This document shows positions 56,445-64,000 of a stretch of 64,000 bases of DNA, piece after piece. Below the pieces are notes generated by a model that had not been told where the DNA came from, searched no databases, and saw nothing but the letters and a program-made list of their open reading frames with translations. The position numbers and the translations under genes are program-made. How positions within the stretch are numbered: position 1 is the stretch's first letter; the number at the start of each line of letters is the position of its first letter. This DNA is from Macrostomum lignano (lineage: Eukaryota), in contig NIVC01002589.1 in the NCBI GenBank assembly GCA_002269645.1, positions 1 to 64,000 on the forward strand, given 5' to 3'.

Positions 56445-56749
56445 GATTTTCGAAAAATTTTCTAAAATTTTTCGGTTTACGTGGACCAGACTCGCTCGTT
56501 TAGGTAGACCAGGCTGGAGGTCCAGCTAAACTGAAATGCAAATAACTTTGGAAAAAACCATGCTAGACATCCCAAAATTGCTTAAGCCTTTCTTGACCCG
56601 CCTGACATTAATGTGAGATCCTCATCAACGTCTTAACCCCACCAGAGACAAAATTATTTGGTGGTCCACCTAAGTGGTCTACCTACACCGGTGGTCCAGC
56701 TAACGAGGCTACTGAACTTCCAAAAAGTCCACGTAAACACACAGACAGT

Positions 56750-64000
<7,251 letters not shown>

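Larger units (their letters stand above)
45001..56749. mobile_element. Putative non-autonomous element with 23-bp inverted termini and GTGGACC subterminal motifs, carrying a satellite (TIR-element or Helentron/HINE-like)
   Basis: 45001-45023 ACTGTCTGTGTGTTTAGCGGGAC vs the reverse complement of 56727-56749, ACTGTCTGTGTGTTTACGTGGAC (20/23, first 16 identical). GTGGACC motifs face inward at both ends. No transposase and no TSD found. Confidence 0.5.

Overview
Eukaryotic (metazoan) genomic DNA. It has GC-rich exons, AT-rich spacers and a very high load of intronic and intergenic tandem repeats, a style resembling the flatworm Macrostomum lignano (inference, not verified). Genes supported by the sequence: (1) the 3' part of an ABCC1/MRP1-like ABC transporter (+, 6 exons, 132-6254, with apparent single-base deletions in two exons); (2) two almost identical intronless SUMO genes in divergent inverted orientation (9823-10089 -, 16907-17173 +), each bracketed by 71-bp and 56-bp minisatellites; (3) a co-oriented minus-strand cluster of a METTL24-like tandem-domain methyltransferase (28333-30159), HINT3 (4 exons, 23514-27765, one GC-AG intron; only fragments appear in the ORF track) and DTD1 (2 exons, 20054-21400); (4) an intronless ARHGAP11-like RhoGAP (36188-37669 -). 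The last third is repeat-dominated. An (ACAG)n tract is followed by an ~11.7-kb segment bounded by 23-bp inverted termini. That segment carries a 9-kb 238/71/68-bp higher-order satellite whose monomer resembles the termini, and is followed by >7 kb of (ACAG)n. Most long ORFs in the track are translations of tandem repeats. No rRNA, tRNA or CRISPR array was found.
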